From contig JBGPQV010000001.1 in the NCBI GenBank assembly GCA_041489255.1, positions 10,596 through 74,595 of the forward strand: a DNA stretch of 64,000 bases, read 5' to 3'. The DNA comes from Thermoplasmata archaeon. Its GTDB lineage: Archaea > Thermoplasmatota > Thermoplasmata > RBG-16-68-12 > JAFNFQ01. Below, one piece after another: positions 8,655 through 18,400 of the stretch. Made by a program: the position numbers and the translations under genes. The first letter of the stretch is position 1, and each line of letters starts with the position of its first letter. The notes below the pieces were generated by a model. That model did not search any database. It saw nothing but the letters and a program-made list of their open reading frames with translations, and was not told the origin of the DNA.

Positions 8655-8670
8655 GAAACTATATTAATCG
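8655..8670 (+). promoter_or_regulatory. BRE/TATA-like element, apparently leaderless STAND gene
   Basis: GAAACTATATTAATCG centred about 28 nt upstream of ATG 8692. Confidence 0.45.
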
Positions 8671-8691
8671 CATCCCCCAATCTGTTCCCGA

Positions 8692-11376
8692 ATGAGGAAA
8701 GGGAGGAGCTACTACAAGAGGAAGATGTACTTCGACAGGGAGGACCGTATCCTCCTTCATCTCCTCGATTTCGCTGGTTACGAGACGCAGCGCGAGAGGC
8801 CCGACGCCCTCACGCAGTTCGGCCTCGCCGATGCGACCATGCTGGGCCGGAGCACAATCTCCAAGTCGATTCGTCTACTGATCGACCGCGGCCTCATCGT
8901 CGCAGAACGCGCTCACGTCCCCTCCGGCAAGCTGCGCAGGACCACGTACCTCCTCACCCAGGCGGGCGCCCGCCTCGCGCGGTCGCGCAAGGAGGAAGTG
9001 GAGGGCGAGATAATCGCGGTGAGGGGGGAGAACGGCGACATCACGAGGATGCCATTGAAGCAGATCGCCCGGCAACTGCCCGCCAGCGCGTCGACGCTCA
9101 GCATCGCGGTGCACGTCAACCGCGGCGTCTTCGACATGAAGTCCTTCCAGCGCGGCCAGGAGAAGAGACAGGCGTTCGTCGACTTCACCGAGAGGGCGCC
9201 CAAGCTGAAGTACTTCTTCGGGAGGGCAAGGGAGCTGGACGAGGTGGACAAGTTCCTGGCCTCGCGCGAGTCGAAGTTCCTCGCCCTGTCCGGGATCCCG
9301 GGGATAGGCAAGACGACACTGCTCGTGAGGCGCCTGGAGGACTGGCGGAGGACCACGAACCTCTTCTGGTACCGCGTGCAGGAGTGGTCCGCGTCGGGCA
9401 ACGTGCTCCGCCGCCTCGCGCAGTTCCTCGACTGCCTCGGCAGGAGGGAGCTCTCCAACTACCTCGCGACCGGGAACGGCCTGGACATGGAGGAGGTCAG
9501 CCGCCTCCTCGAGAAGGACCTCAAGGGGCTGGACGCCCTGCTCATCTTCGACGACTGTCACAAGGCGTCCAAGGAGATCACCCAGCTGCTCTACTCGCTC
9601 AAGCTCGTGCTCGACGGCCTGCCCGGGCCCAAGGTCATCGTCGCCGGCAGGAGCGTCCCGGCCTTCTACGATAGGCGCGACGCGAAGGTGAGGAGGCTCG
9701 TCAAGGAGTTCGAGATCCATGGCCTCGACAAGGACAGTTCAGCGAGGCTCCTCGCGCTCAGGAGCGTGGACATCCAGCGGCCCGCCCTCGACAGGATCTA
9801 CGAGGAGACGAAGGGCCACCCCCTCTTCCTCGAACTCATCGACCCCGCGCAGGGGACGAGGACGAAGGACATAGTCAGGTACCTGGACGAGGACCTTGCG
9901 GCCCGCCTCTCGCGGCCGGAGCTCTCGATCCTCGAGGTCGCCTCGGTGTTCAGGTACCCCGTCGCCCCGCAGGCCCTGCTCTTCGCGCAGGAGGCCGACA
10001 TGGGCAACCTCAGGTTCCTGATTGACCAGAACCTGCTCAGGGAGACGACGCTGAACCTCTTCGAGATTCACGACCTGCTGAAGGACTTCTTCAGGGGGAG
10101 GATGACCCCGGCCAGGAGAAGGAGGTACGAGCAGAGGGCCGCGATGTATCACCTGTCCCTGGGCACGAGCGAGAACCTCCTCGAGGCGGTGCATCACATG
10201 CTCGAGGCGGGTGACGAGCGGGACGCCGCCAAGCTGTTGGCGGGGAAGGGGAAGGATATCGCGAAGCAAGGTCACACGGTCGAGCTCGACGCCTATCTGC
10301 GAAGGCTGGAGAGGGTGAAGATGGCCCCCGAGGTCAGGCTCGACCTGATGCTGCTGAGAGGCGACGCGCTGTCGAGCCTCGGGGAGTGGGAGAAGGCCCT
10401 TGAGGTCCGCGCACGGGCTTCCCGCCTCGCCGGGGAGCGGGGGGAGCTCGGGGAACAGGCCGCCGCGCTCAAGGCGATGGGGGACATCTATGTGAGGAGG
10501 AACGAGTGGGACGAGGCAATGCGCGTTCTCACCTCGAGCCTTTCGATCTACAAACGACTCGATGACGTCAAGGGACGGTCCGCCGTTCACTACGCCATCG
10601 GGATGCTGAACGAGAGCTTCGGGCACCTCGACAAGGCCCTGAAGCACTTCAGGAGGGCGGCGAGGCTGATAGGTCCCCGCGACGACCCCGAGGGGCTCGT
10701 GCAGTACCTTTCCGCCTATTCCAGGGTGCTGGTTGCGAAGGGAGAGAACGAGAAGGCTCTGAAGCTCATGAGAGAGGCGCTGGATGTGGCGCAGACTGTA
10801 GGGAACCTCCATGAGATCGCGAAGGCCACCGTGGCCGTCGGGGTCGGCCTGATGCACAACAACAGACTGGAGGACGGGCTCGAGAAGTGCCGCGAGGGCA
10901 TCAACCTCGCCCGCCGCATCGGTAACGCCCGGATTCTCGGTTACGGGTTAATGAACGCGGCATCCGCGCTTGTGCGCACAAGGAGCGCCGGATTGGCCGA
11001 GGCGAACCTCGCAGAGGCGATGAAGATATTCGAGAAGCTAGGCGAGAAAGTACCGTTGGGCATGTGCAGGATAAGCATGGGATTCGTCGAGGAGTCGCGC
11101 GGAGATTGGGAGGGGGCGAAGGCTCATCTGCGCGCGGGACTCAGGACCCTCCGGGACGATCACAGCCCTCTCGACCTGCTGAACTCGACGGTTTCTGCGG
11201 CGGTGTTGTTCGCGAAGCACGGAGAGCGGAAGGAGGCTTCCCAGCTCTTCTCGTCCTCGCGGAGCATCGCGAGACGCCTTGGAAGGGATGACATGGTCCG
11301 CTTCGCGGACGCCCAGCTCACTGCCCTGAAACAGGGCAGGGCAGTGAGGCTGCCGGGCTCTGCCGTGCCGGGATAA
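8692..11376 (+). CDS. STAND-class NTPase with N-terminal winged-HTH and C-terminal TPR array
   Basis: MarR-like wHTH (STISKSIRLLIDRGLIV), Walker A GIPGIGKTTLL, Walker B LLIFDDCH, then more than 8 TPR-like repeats. 894 aa. Confidence 0.8.
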   Translation: MRKGRSYYKRKMYFDREDRILLHLLDFAGYETQRERPDALTQFGLADATMLGRSTISKSIRLLIDRGLIVAERAHVPSGKLRRTTYLLTQAGARLARSRKEEVEGEIIAVRGENGDITRMPLKQIARQLPASASTLSIAVHVNRGVFDMKSFQRGQEKRQAFVDFTERAPKLKYFFGRARELDEVDKFLASRESKFLALSGIPGIGKTTLLVRRLEDWRRTTNLFWYRVQEWSASGNVLRRLAQFLDCLGRRELSNYLATGNGLDMEEVSRLLEKDLKGLDALLIFDDCHKASKEITQLLYSLKLVLDGLPGPKVIVAGRSVPAFYDRRDAKVRRLVKEFEIHGLDKDSSARLLALRSVDIQRPALDRIYEETKGHPLFLELIDPAQGTRTKDIVRYLDEDLAARLSRPELSILEVASVFRYPVAPQALLFAQEADMGNLRFLIDQNLLRETTLNLFEIHDLLKDFFRGRMTPARRRRYEQRAAMYHLSLGTSENLLEAVHHMLEAGDERDAAKLLAGKGKDIAKQGHTVELDAYLRRLERVKMAPEVRLDLMLLRGDALSSLGEWEKALEVRARASRLAGERGELGEQAAALKAMGDIYVRRNEWDEAMRVLTSSLSIYKRLDDVKGRSAVHYAIGMLNESFGHLDKALKHFRRAARLIGPRDDPEGLVQYLSAYSRVLVAKGENEKALKLMREALDVAQTVGNLHEIAKATVAVGVGLMHNNRLEDGLEKCREGINLARRIGNARILGYGLMNAASALVRTRSAGLAEANLAEAMKIFEKLGEKVPLGMCRISMGFVEESRGDWEGAKAHLRAGLRTLRDDHSPLDLLNSTVSAAVLFAKHGERKEASQLFSSSRSIARRLGRDDMVRFADAQLTALKQGRAVRLPGSAVPG

Positions 11377-11594
11377 GCTCCGCTGGATCACATGCGCCCA
11401 GCATTGCCACTGAGGTCTCCAGACGACTTAACTAGCCAGGTACTTTAATCGGCGGACCGAACGGACCCACTGGATTCACCTCTCGACTCCTTTTCTCTTG
11501 CGGGGTCTATTTGAATGGTCTCAGAACAATTTCGAAATTGAAGGGCGGCTGAGCGGAGTCTATTTGATGGCGAGAGTGTCTACTCCGCCCCGCA

Positions 11595-13382
11595 ATGCTC
11601 GATGTGAAAGAACGCTGCGGCGTCGCGCGGACGGGCTCTTGGCGGGCGGGGACGATCGCCATCGAAGTCCCGAGCATCCTCTTCTTCGCATCTCCGAGGT
11701 TCACCCCGCCTTCGTTCGCCGAAGCCTTGATCGCGTCGGCTCCAATGCCTGACAGCAGGCCGGTCGTGGTCGACAGGGGGAGCGTGTTCCTGCCCAGGGA
11801 TGGGCCGCCCGGTTCCTCCATACCGCCAGACATTGCGGTGCCGCCGGGTACCGAATCGCCAATCTCCACTGACCGCGAGCCGGATTTATTCGTTGTCGTC
11901 TCTAGCGCCGAAGGCGTCGCGGAATCCAGGTCGGAGGGGTTCGTGCTTGGCGGGGCCGCATCGTTGCTCTCGGAACCGCGGATGTTCGCGGAGCTGCTGG
12001 CCAAGCTGAAGACCGCCGTCGGCCCGAACCGGGTGCTGTACGCCCCCGGCATCGCTCTCCCTTCGAACCTCGCCATCCTGGCGTATTGCGGCATCGACAT
12101 CGTCGATTCGATCGCAGCCCTTTTCGAAGCGAGCAGGGGCAGATGGCTGAGCCCTGACGGCTCGTGGCCCCTGAGCGAACTCGGTCGCCCGCCATGCAGG
12201 TGCTCCGGCTGCCTGTCGGCCGACGGCAGAAAGGCGCTCATCGAGCACAACGAGACCTCGCTCTGGGAGGAGATGGAACTCGTCAGGACCTGCATCAGGT
12301 CCGGCGAACTGCGCGAGCTCGTCGAGAGGAGGGCTGTCAACAACCCGTGGAACACCGCGGTGCTGCGGCACATGGACCTCAGGCACTACGATTTCCAAGA
12401 GCCGCATTTCCCCGTCGCGGGAAAGAGCGTCAAGGCCTACTCGCACGCGTCGCTCACGAGGCCCGACGTCATCAGGTTCAGGAAGAGGATCAAGGAGAGA
12501 CACATGAAGCCGCCATCAGCCAAGGTCCTCCTGCTTCTCCCGTGTTCAGCGAGGAAGCCCTACTCGTTCTCGAGATCTCACAGGCTGTTCAGGGAGGCGC
12601 TCATGTCGTGCGGGAACCCTTGGGCGGTGCACGAGGTCATCGTCACCTCGCCCCTCGGCATCGTGCCGCGCGAGCTTGAACTGGTCTACCCTGCCGCGCA
12701 CTACGACATACCTGTCACCGGCGATTGGAGCCTGGATGAAGCGGCCGTCGTCAAGGAGGACTTGAGGCATCTTCTGGCCAACAACGCATACGACCGCATC
12801 GTCGCTCACCTCGACGTCGAAAAACCTTTCGTGGAGGACGCCCTGGTCGAGGCGCGGTTCACCTGTCAGGGCAGGGCAGCGGATGGTCCTTCGCTCGAGA
12901 ACCTGTCGACCGCGCTGCGAGAGGCCGTCGAGGGCATCCCGAGAGTGCGGCGGGAAGAGAGGTACAAGGAGGACATGGCTGTCCTCGCGCGTTTCCAGTT
13001 CGGCCCTGGCGGGGAGGAGCTTGTCAGGGGAGCGGAGCTCCGCGGCAGGTACCCGGACATCAAGATCATCCGCGGCGGCGTCCAGCTCGCGATGCTCACC
13101 GAGAGGGGGCTGCTCTCCCTCACGATCGAAGGCGGGCGCGAGCTGTCCCAGACGAACATCCACTGCGTCGAGACCGACGACTTTTTTCCCCAGGGCAGCG
13201 TGTTCGCTATCGGTATCGAGGACGCGAGCGAGGACATCCGGATAGGCGACGACGTCGTCGTGCGTCGTCACGGCGACGTGAGGGCGGTCGGCGTCGCCCA
13301 GATGTCTTCTCGCGAAATGGTCGAGGGCGAGCGCGGAGTCGCGGTGAAGGTCAGGCACGCCGTGAGGTCGAAATCTATATAG
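11595..13382 (+). CDS. arcS: Archaeosine synthase (TGT-like domain + DUF5591-like + PUA)
   Basis: CSGC zinc motif with IEHNETSLWEEM, central LLLPCSARKPYS motif, C-terminal PUA-like domain (IRIGDDVVV...VGVAQMS). 595 aa. Confidence 0.8.
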   Translation: MLDVKERCGVARTGSWRAGTIAIEVPSILFFASPRFTPPSFAEALIASAPMPDSRPVVVDRGSVFLPRDGPPGSSIPPDIAVPPGTESPISTDREPDLFVVVSSAEGVAESRSEGFVLGGAASLLSEPRMFAELLAKLKTAVGPNRVLYAPGIALPSNLAILAYCGIDIVDSIAALFEASRGRWLSPDGSWPLSELGRPPCRCSGCLSADGRKALIEHNETSLWEEMELVRTCIRSGELRELVERRAVNNPWNTAVLRHMDLRHYDFQEPHFPVAGKSVKAYSHASLTRPDVIRFRKRIKERHMKPPSAKVLLLLPCSARKPYSFSRSHRLFREALMSCGNPWAVHEVIVTSPLGIVPRELELVYPAAHYDIPVTGDWSLDEAAVVKEDLRHLLANNAYDRIVAHLDVEKPFVEDALVEARFTCQGRAADGPSLENLSTALREAVEGIPRVRREERYKEDMAVLARFQFGPGGEELVRGAELRGRYPDIKIIRGGVQLAMLTERGLLSLTIEGGRELSQTNIHCVETDDFFPQGSVFAIGIEDASEDIRIGDDVVVRRHGDVRAVGVAQMSSREMVEGERGVAVKVRHAVRSKSI

Positions 13383-13407
13383 GAAGCTCCAGTAATCCGC
13401 GGGCAGG

Positions 13408-13662
13408 ATGGGCTTCTTCAATCTGGACGGAATGGTACTCGCGCTCGCTGTCGGCACCGTGTTCTTCATCATGCTCGGAATCCTCGTGCTGGTCATCGGC
13501 GAGATAGACAGGAGGAAGCTCGTCGGAATATTCTGTGTGCTCATCGGCGTGGCGCTGGCTTTGTTCGCGTTGCGCGGCGAAGACCTCGGCGCGATCTTCG
13601 TCGCCGTGATCGCCGCCTTCATAGGGAATGAACTGCTGGGCTACCTCGGGATCGTCGAATAG
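13408..13662 (+). CDS. Small membrane protein (2-3 TM helices)
   Basis: 84-aa hydrophobic ORF with good codon bias and no recognisable family. Confidence 0.5.
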   Translation: MGFFNLDGMVLALAVGTVFFIMLGILVLVIGEIDRRKLVGIFCVLIGVALALFALRGEDLGAIFVAVIAAFIGNELLGYLGIVE

Positions 13663-13834
13663 GAATACTTTCACCGGCCTCTCCCCCTTCGACCTTCATA
13701 AGCAAGCATCGCTTCGGTAGTCTCGATGACGACAATGGCGGTCGACGAAGAACCCTGTGGCTGGGAAGAGGTTTATGCCGCGTGCGGCTGCGACCTCAAC
13801 TTCGATGAAGATGACTGATCTCTATCCGCATCCA

Positions 13835-13881
13835 GGCGGGCGGCGATTGTCTCCACACGCCGCCTGCCACCGATTTTTTTT
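13835..13881 (+). terminator. 10-bp GC hairpin followed by T8 tract
   Basis: GGCGGGCGGC-14 nt loop-GCCGCCTGCC, then ACCGA and TTTTTTTT (13874..13881). No annotated plus-strand gene ends nearby. Confidence 0.4.
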
Positions 13882-13910
13882 CCCCGATTCGCCTAGTGGT
13901 CCGTGGCTCC

Positions 13911-14645
13911 TCACTTGTGGGATATTCTCTCAACATGGTGTGGAAGACTGGTGAGGGTGAACATCCGTGAATCGACGAATTGCGGGAGCCTGTGACGCGC
14001 AGTCCTCTTCTCCCGGTCCATGAGGATCGTGCCGATGCCGATTGAAGCTGCTGCCTCGAGGAAATCCGGTCTGTCATCCACCAAGATGCAATTGTCAGGA
14101 GGGCTGTCAATCTTCTCGAGCACTCTCATCCAATAGCGTTTCCGGTCTTTCGAGGCATTCTGGCTGCTCCCGGAAAAGATGGCTTTGACTTCCTTCAAGA
14201 GTCCTGAACCTTCCAGCGCTCCGATCGCGTTCCATTCCCCCGCCTGGGTCGCGACATGAACCTCGTGGCCCTTCTCCTTGAGCCGCCTGAGAGCACCGGG
14301 GACATCCAGATAGCATCTGGCCACTGACGACACGACTTCGAACTCAAGGTTCCTTGCGAAGCTGAGGATATCTGAGGGGCGCCATTGGACGCCGACGGCA
14401 TCGAGGGTGTCCGTGATGAGCCTTACGTCGAGCTCGCCGACGACATCAGACCAACTCTTGTTGTCCCAGTCCGTGGCCCTGAACCGCCGCTGATAGTCCG
14501 CCCATGCCATGTCGTATGCGTCCAGCCACCTCGCCGGATCGCCGCCGAACCGCGATGCCAGGATTGAAGCGGCATGCTTGTTGTACTCCTTGTTCATCTT
14601 CTTCTCGTCGACAAGGACGCCCCAGAGGTCGAGGATGACGTTCAT
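13911..14645 (-). CDS. HAD-superfamily hydrolase-like protein with degenerate motif I
   Basis: MNVILDLWGVL (DxW instead of DxD), and ILVDDR motif IV. Start moved to the internal ATG because the longer ORF would overlap tRNA-Gly. Confidence 0.65.
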   Translation of the reverse strand: MNVILDLWGVLVDEKKMNKEYNKHAASILASRFGGDPARWLDAYDMAWADYQRRFRATDWDNKSWSDVVGELDVRLITDTLDAVGVQWRPSDILSFARNLEFEVVSSVARCYLDVPGALRRLKEKGHEVHVATQAGEWNAIGALEGSGLLKEVKAIFSGSSQNASKDRKRYWMRVLEKIDSPPDNCILVDDRPDFLEAAASIGIGTILMDREKRTARHRLPQFVDSRMFTLTSLPHHVERISHK

Positions 14646-14673
14646 CTGTAGGCGGGCATAAGACCTGCTCCAT

Positions 14674-14688
14674 GAAAAGCTTATAGCG
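14674..14688. promoter_or_regulatory. Shared AT-rich TATA-like element between divergent HAD gene and tRNA-Gly
   Basis: GAAAAGCTTATAGCG centred about 28 nt upstream of tRNA-Gly. It also sits at a suitable distance from the minus-strand ATG 14645. Confidence 0.4.
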
Positions 14689-14710
14689 AGCGGGGCGGTT
14701 GTCGGCGCGC

Positions 14711-14784
14711 GCAGGCGTAATCTAGTCTGGTTAGGATTTTGGCCTTCCAAGCCAACGACCCGGGTTCAAATCCCGGCGCCTGCA
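14711..14784 (+). tRNA. tRNA-Gly(UCC), no intron
   Basis: GCAGGCG/CGCCTGC acceptor, anticodon loop CTTCCAA, T arm CCGGG-TTCAAAT-CCCGG. Confidence 0.9.
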
Positions 14785-14948
14785 TCGTCCTTCCTCGGAT
14801 TCCATCTTCCGGGATGAGGACGCTCAAGATTCTTGAATGCGCTCAACCTCCTCAAACCTGGATGATGACGCCGAGGATCGAGGAGAGGATGGCCTCATTG
14901 CATGAGGCTCTGGAAACCCACCCTCGATGGCCTTGCTCCTTGTGAGAT

Positions 14949-15167
14949 CTAGGCCATCTCGCCTTCCGCCTTTAGCTTCGTGCCGTGCTCCTGCTCCCAC
15001 TCGTGCTCCTCTTCGGCGATGTCTTCCAGCTCGTGCACAACCTTGGACATGTCAACCACGTCTTCGCCTCTGGCAGAGAGTTCCGCGACGATGTCCTCCA
15101 TGTCCTGAAGCGTGTGATTCCTGAGCCAGTCCTCGATCGTTGCCTGCTCGCCCTTCCTCGTGTTCAT
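14949..15167 (-). CDS. Small acidic hypothetical protein
   Basis: 72 aa (MNTRKGEQ...), Glu/Asp-rich with good codon bias. The start is uncertain; the ORF extends to 15233. Confidence 0.45.
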   Translation of the reverse strand: MNTRKGEQATIEDWLRNHTLQDMEDIVAELSARGEDVVDMSKVVHELEDIAEEEHEWEQEHGTKLKAEGEMA

Positions 15168-15386
15168 GCGTCGTGTCACCAAAGGTTCACCATCCCTGTT
15201 GTCTGACGTTTGTCTGATGCATGCACCAAGCACCTAGGCCTATTTATTGCTTTGTCATCCATGAAATCGCGAGACAACAGGGCCACGTTTTCATCCTCGA
15301 TGTCCGACGACTACACATAGAAACAGGCACGAAGTCTCGCGCAAGGGCGATTTGTCAGACGAATACTGCCTATTCGTCATACCAAA

Positions 15387-15403
15387 CCGAAGATTATAAA
15401 TCC
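15387..15403 (+). promoter_or_regulatory. BRE/TATA-like element upstream of the giant TPR gene
   Basis: CCGAAGATTATAAATCC about 42 nt upstream of ATG 15439. Confidence 0.45.
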
Positions 15404-15438
15404 TCAGAAGTGGTTCAAGCACGCAGAAGGGATGGGAA

Positions 15439-18400
15439 ATGGATTATTCCTTCTTCGATAGAGAGCGCAGGGTCCTCCTCAAGGCCTCTCGGCTCGAGCA
15501 GGAGGGCAGGGAGCTTCTCCAAGTCGGAGCGAACAAGAAGGCGCTGGTGCATCTGCAGAAGGCGCTGGCCTGTCTGGACGAGGACGTGTCCAGGATCGTC
15601 AGAAGACAGGCCGAATGCTCCGCGATATACAGCGGGCTCAGCGATTCGTTCCTCACCCTGGGCCAGTCGGATGAGGCGCAGAAGGCGACCGATATGGCCC
15701 TCCAGCTTGATCCCGACAATGGCGGGGCGTGGCGGTGCAAGGCGCGCCTTCTCGCAGGCCAAGGCAACAGCAAAGAGGCGCTGGAGTGCTTCGACAGGGC
15801 GCTGAAGATCAATCCCGGGGACAAGGAGGTCTGGTCGGACAAGGGTGAGTTCCTCCTTTCGACCGCGCAGCCCGAGGACGCGGCGGCGTGCTTCGAGAGA
15901 GTGCTGCAGGTCGACCCTCTCGACATCGCCCACCACGACAAGCTGCTCAGGCTTCGCATGAGGGACCCCGACCTCTGGTTCAGGAAGGCGGACGCTCACC
16001 GCCAGCTCGGGCAGAATGAGGAGGCACTCTCCTCATATGATCGCGTCCTTCACCTCGATCCGAGCCGGAGGGAGGTGTACGCCCGCAAGGCCGAAATCTA
16101 CGCGTCCATCCGCCAGTACGAAAGCGCTGTCAAATCGATCGAAAAGGCGCTCGACCTAGAGCCGAACGACGTGCGCCTGTGGGAGCGGAAGGCAGAGCTG
16201 CTCGGGAACAAGGGCGACACCGCCGGGGCCCTCGAAGCGCTCGACCGCGCTCTTGAGCTGAGCCCCGAGGATTACAGGGCTTGGCTCACGAGGGCATTCA
16301 TTCTCCAGTCGGTCGGCAAGCACGACGAGGCCATAGTCGACTTCAGGAACGCCAACAAGATCCAGCCTAACAGCGCGGAAAGCCTCGTCGCGAAGAAGGA
16401 GAGCCTGATCGCGCTGGGGAGATGGACGGAGGTGCTCGACACCTCAGAGTCCGTCTTAATCATCGATCCGGAGAACAAGAAGGCCTGGGCCGACAAGGGG
16501 ACTGCCCAGGTGAAGCTGAAGCGCCTGCCCGAGGCGGTCGAGACTTTCAACCAGTACCTGAAGCGCGAGCCCAAGGACATCGCCGTGCTCGACATGAAGA
16601 GACAGTGCGAGAAGGAATTGGGGCGACACGATGACCTGCTAGCGACCTGCGAGGCGATACTCGCCCTCGATAGGCGCAACTTCTCGACGCTCCTCGACAA
16701 GGGCTCGGCGCTGCTGACCCTGAAGAACTACCACGGGGCCCTATCCGCCTTCAACGAGGTGCTGTCGCTCGACCACAGGAACATCGAGGCGCTCAGGGGA
16801 AAGAGAGCGACGCACAGGGAGCAGGGCGACCACAAAGGCGTAATCAAATCTGCATACGCGCTGCTTGAGCTCGATAGGAAAGACGCGGCGGCCTGGTTCG
16901 ATGCGGGCCAGGCGGAGGAGGCGATAGGCCGGATCGAGAACGCGGTCAAGTGCTACTCCTCATTGCTGAAGTGCGAGCCGGCTAACCAGGTCGCGTGGCG
17001 GCGCTACGCCGACCTGCTGGCGGGTCGCGGCGACCACCTGCAAGCCGTGAAGGCGTGTGACGACCTGCTCGCCTTGGGCAACAACGATGCCGAGACCTGG
17101 CGGCGGCGGGGAGAGTCGCTCTACCACCTTGAGGACCCGAAAGAGGCGGTGGATTCGTTCCAGAAGTCGATCGGCCTCAACTCGCAGGACGCGCGGACCT
17201 GGCTGGCCATGGGCATGGCGCTCGAAGGCTGCCACAGGTTCGAGGAGGCGGTCGCGGCATACGACAAGGTTCTCGGAATCTCTGACAAGGACAAGACAGC
17301 ACTTCTGAGGAAAGGGTCGGTCCTGCTCTGGCTGCAGAGGTACGAGGACTCGCTGTCCTGCTTTAAGGCGCTGCTCGAAATCGACGAGAACGATCGAGAG
17401 GCGCTGCTCAACGCCGGCAAGGTCCTCAGGCTGATGGAACGGCACGAGGAGGCGTTCGAGATGATGAACCGCATCCTCGCGATCGACCGCAAACTGCCGG
17501 AGGCCTGGGCGGTGAAGACAGCATCCCTTGAGGATCTCGGCAGGTCGGAGGAAGCGGCCCAGTCCGCTGTGTCGTGGACGGACACCGATCACAAGGATCT
17601 CATGGCGTGGATGGCGAGGGCGCGCCTCATGCATTCCATAGGCAGGACCAAGGATGGTCTGTCGGCGGTCCACAAGGCCCTCCTGATTTCCCCGGGAAAC
17701 CTCGACGCCCTGAGGCTCAAGAAGAGAGTCCACTCCGACGTGAAGGACTACACCGGCGTCGTCAAGGCCTGTGGGGAGATACTTGCCGTTGACAGGAGGG
17801 ACGTGGAGACGTACAAGGACATGGGTTTGGCCTATCAAGCGCTTGGCATGAACGAAGAGGCGCTCAATGCCTTCGACGGCGCGATCGCGGTGGACTCGAT
17901 GGACAAGCGCGGCTGGAACTGCCGCGGCGACCTGCTCCTCAGACTAGGGAAGCCGCACGATGCCCTCGAGTGCTTCGAACACGTCCTCACGCTCAGCCCG
18001 AGGGACAGGTTCGCGCTGAGCCGCAGAGGAGAAGTCTACCTCGGCCTGCACGACTTCGAGAAAGCCCTGAAATGCTACGAGGACGCATTGCTACTTGACA
18101 GCATGAACCCCGATTTCCTCACAGGCAAGGCAAGAACGCTCATCGCGACGGGGAAGAACGACGAGGCCGTCAAGACCCTGACGCCGCTGCTCGAGAAGGA
18201 CCCGGAGAACCAGAGCGCGGTCAAGGTCAAGGCAGAGGCGCTGCTGCGCCTCGGCAAGCATGAGGAGGCGTTGATCCATTTCGAGAAGGCATCCTCCGTC
18301 GAACCCGACTCCGCGACGCTCTGGCGCGGGCAGGGGGAGGCGTTGCTCGCACTGAAGAAAGACAAGGACGCGGTCAGCGCGTTCGAGAGAGCCGTCACGC

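Noticed and set aside
13801-13881. Box C/D sRNA suggested by GATGAAGATGACTGA
   Set aside because: The C-like and D-like boxes are adjacent rather than at opposite ends. No terminal CUGA, C'/D' pair or terminal stem could be found.
14646-14750. Extended N-terminus of the HAD-like ORF (start at 14750)
   Set aside because: It would overlap the tRNA-Gly gene on the opposite strand, and the HAD motif I sits immediately after the internal Met at 14645.
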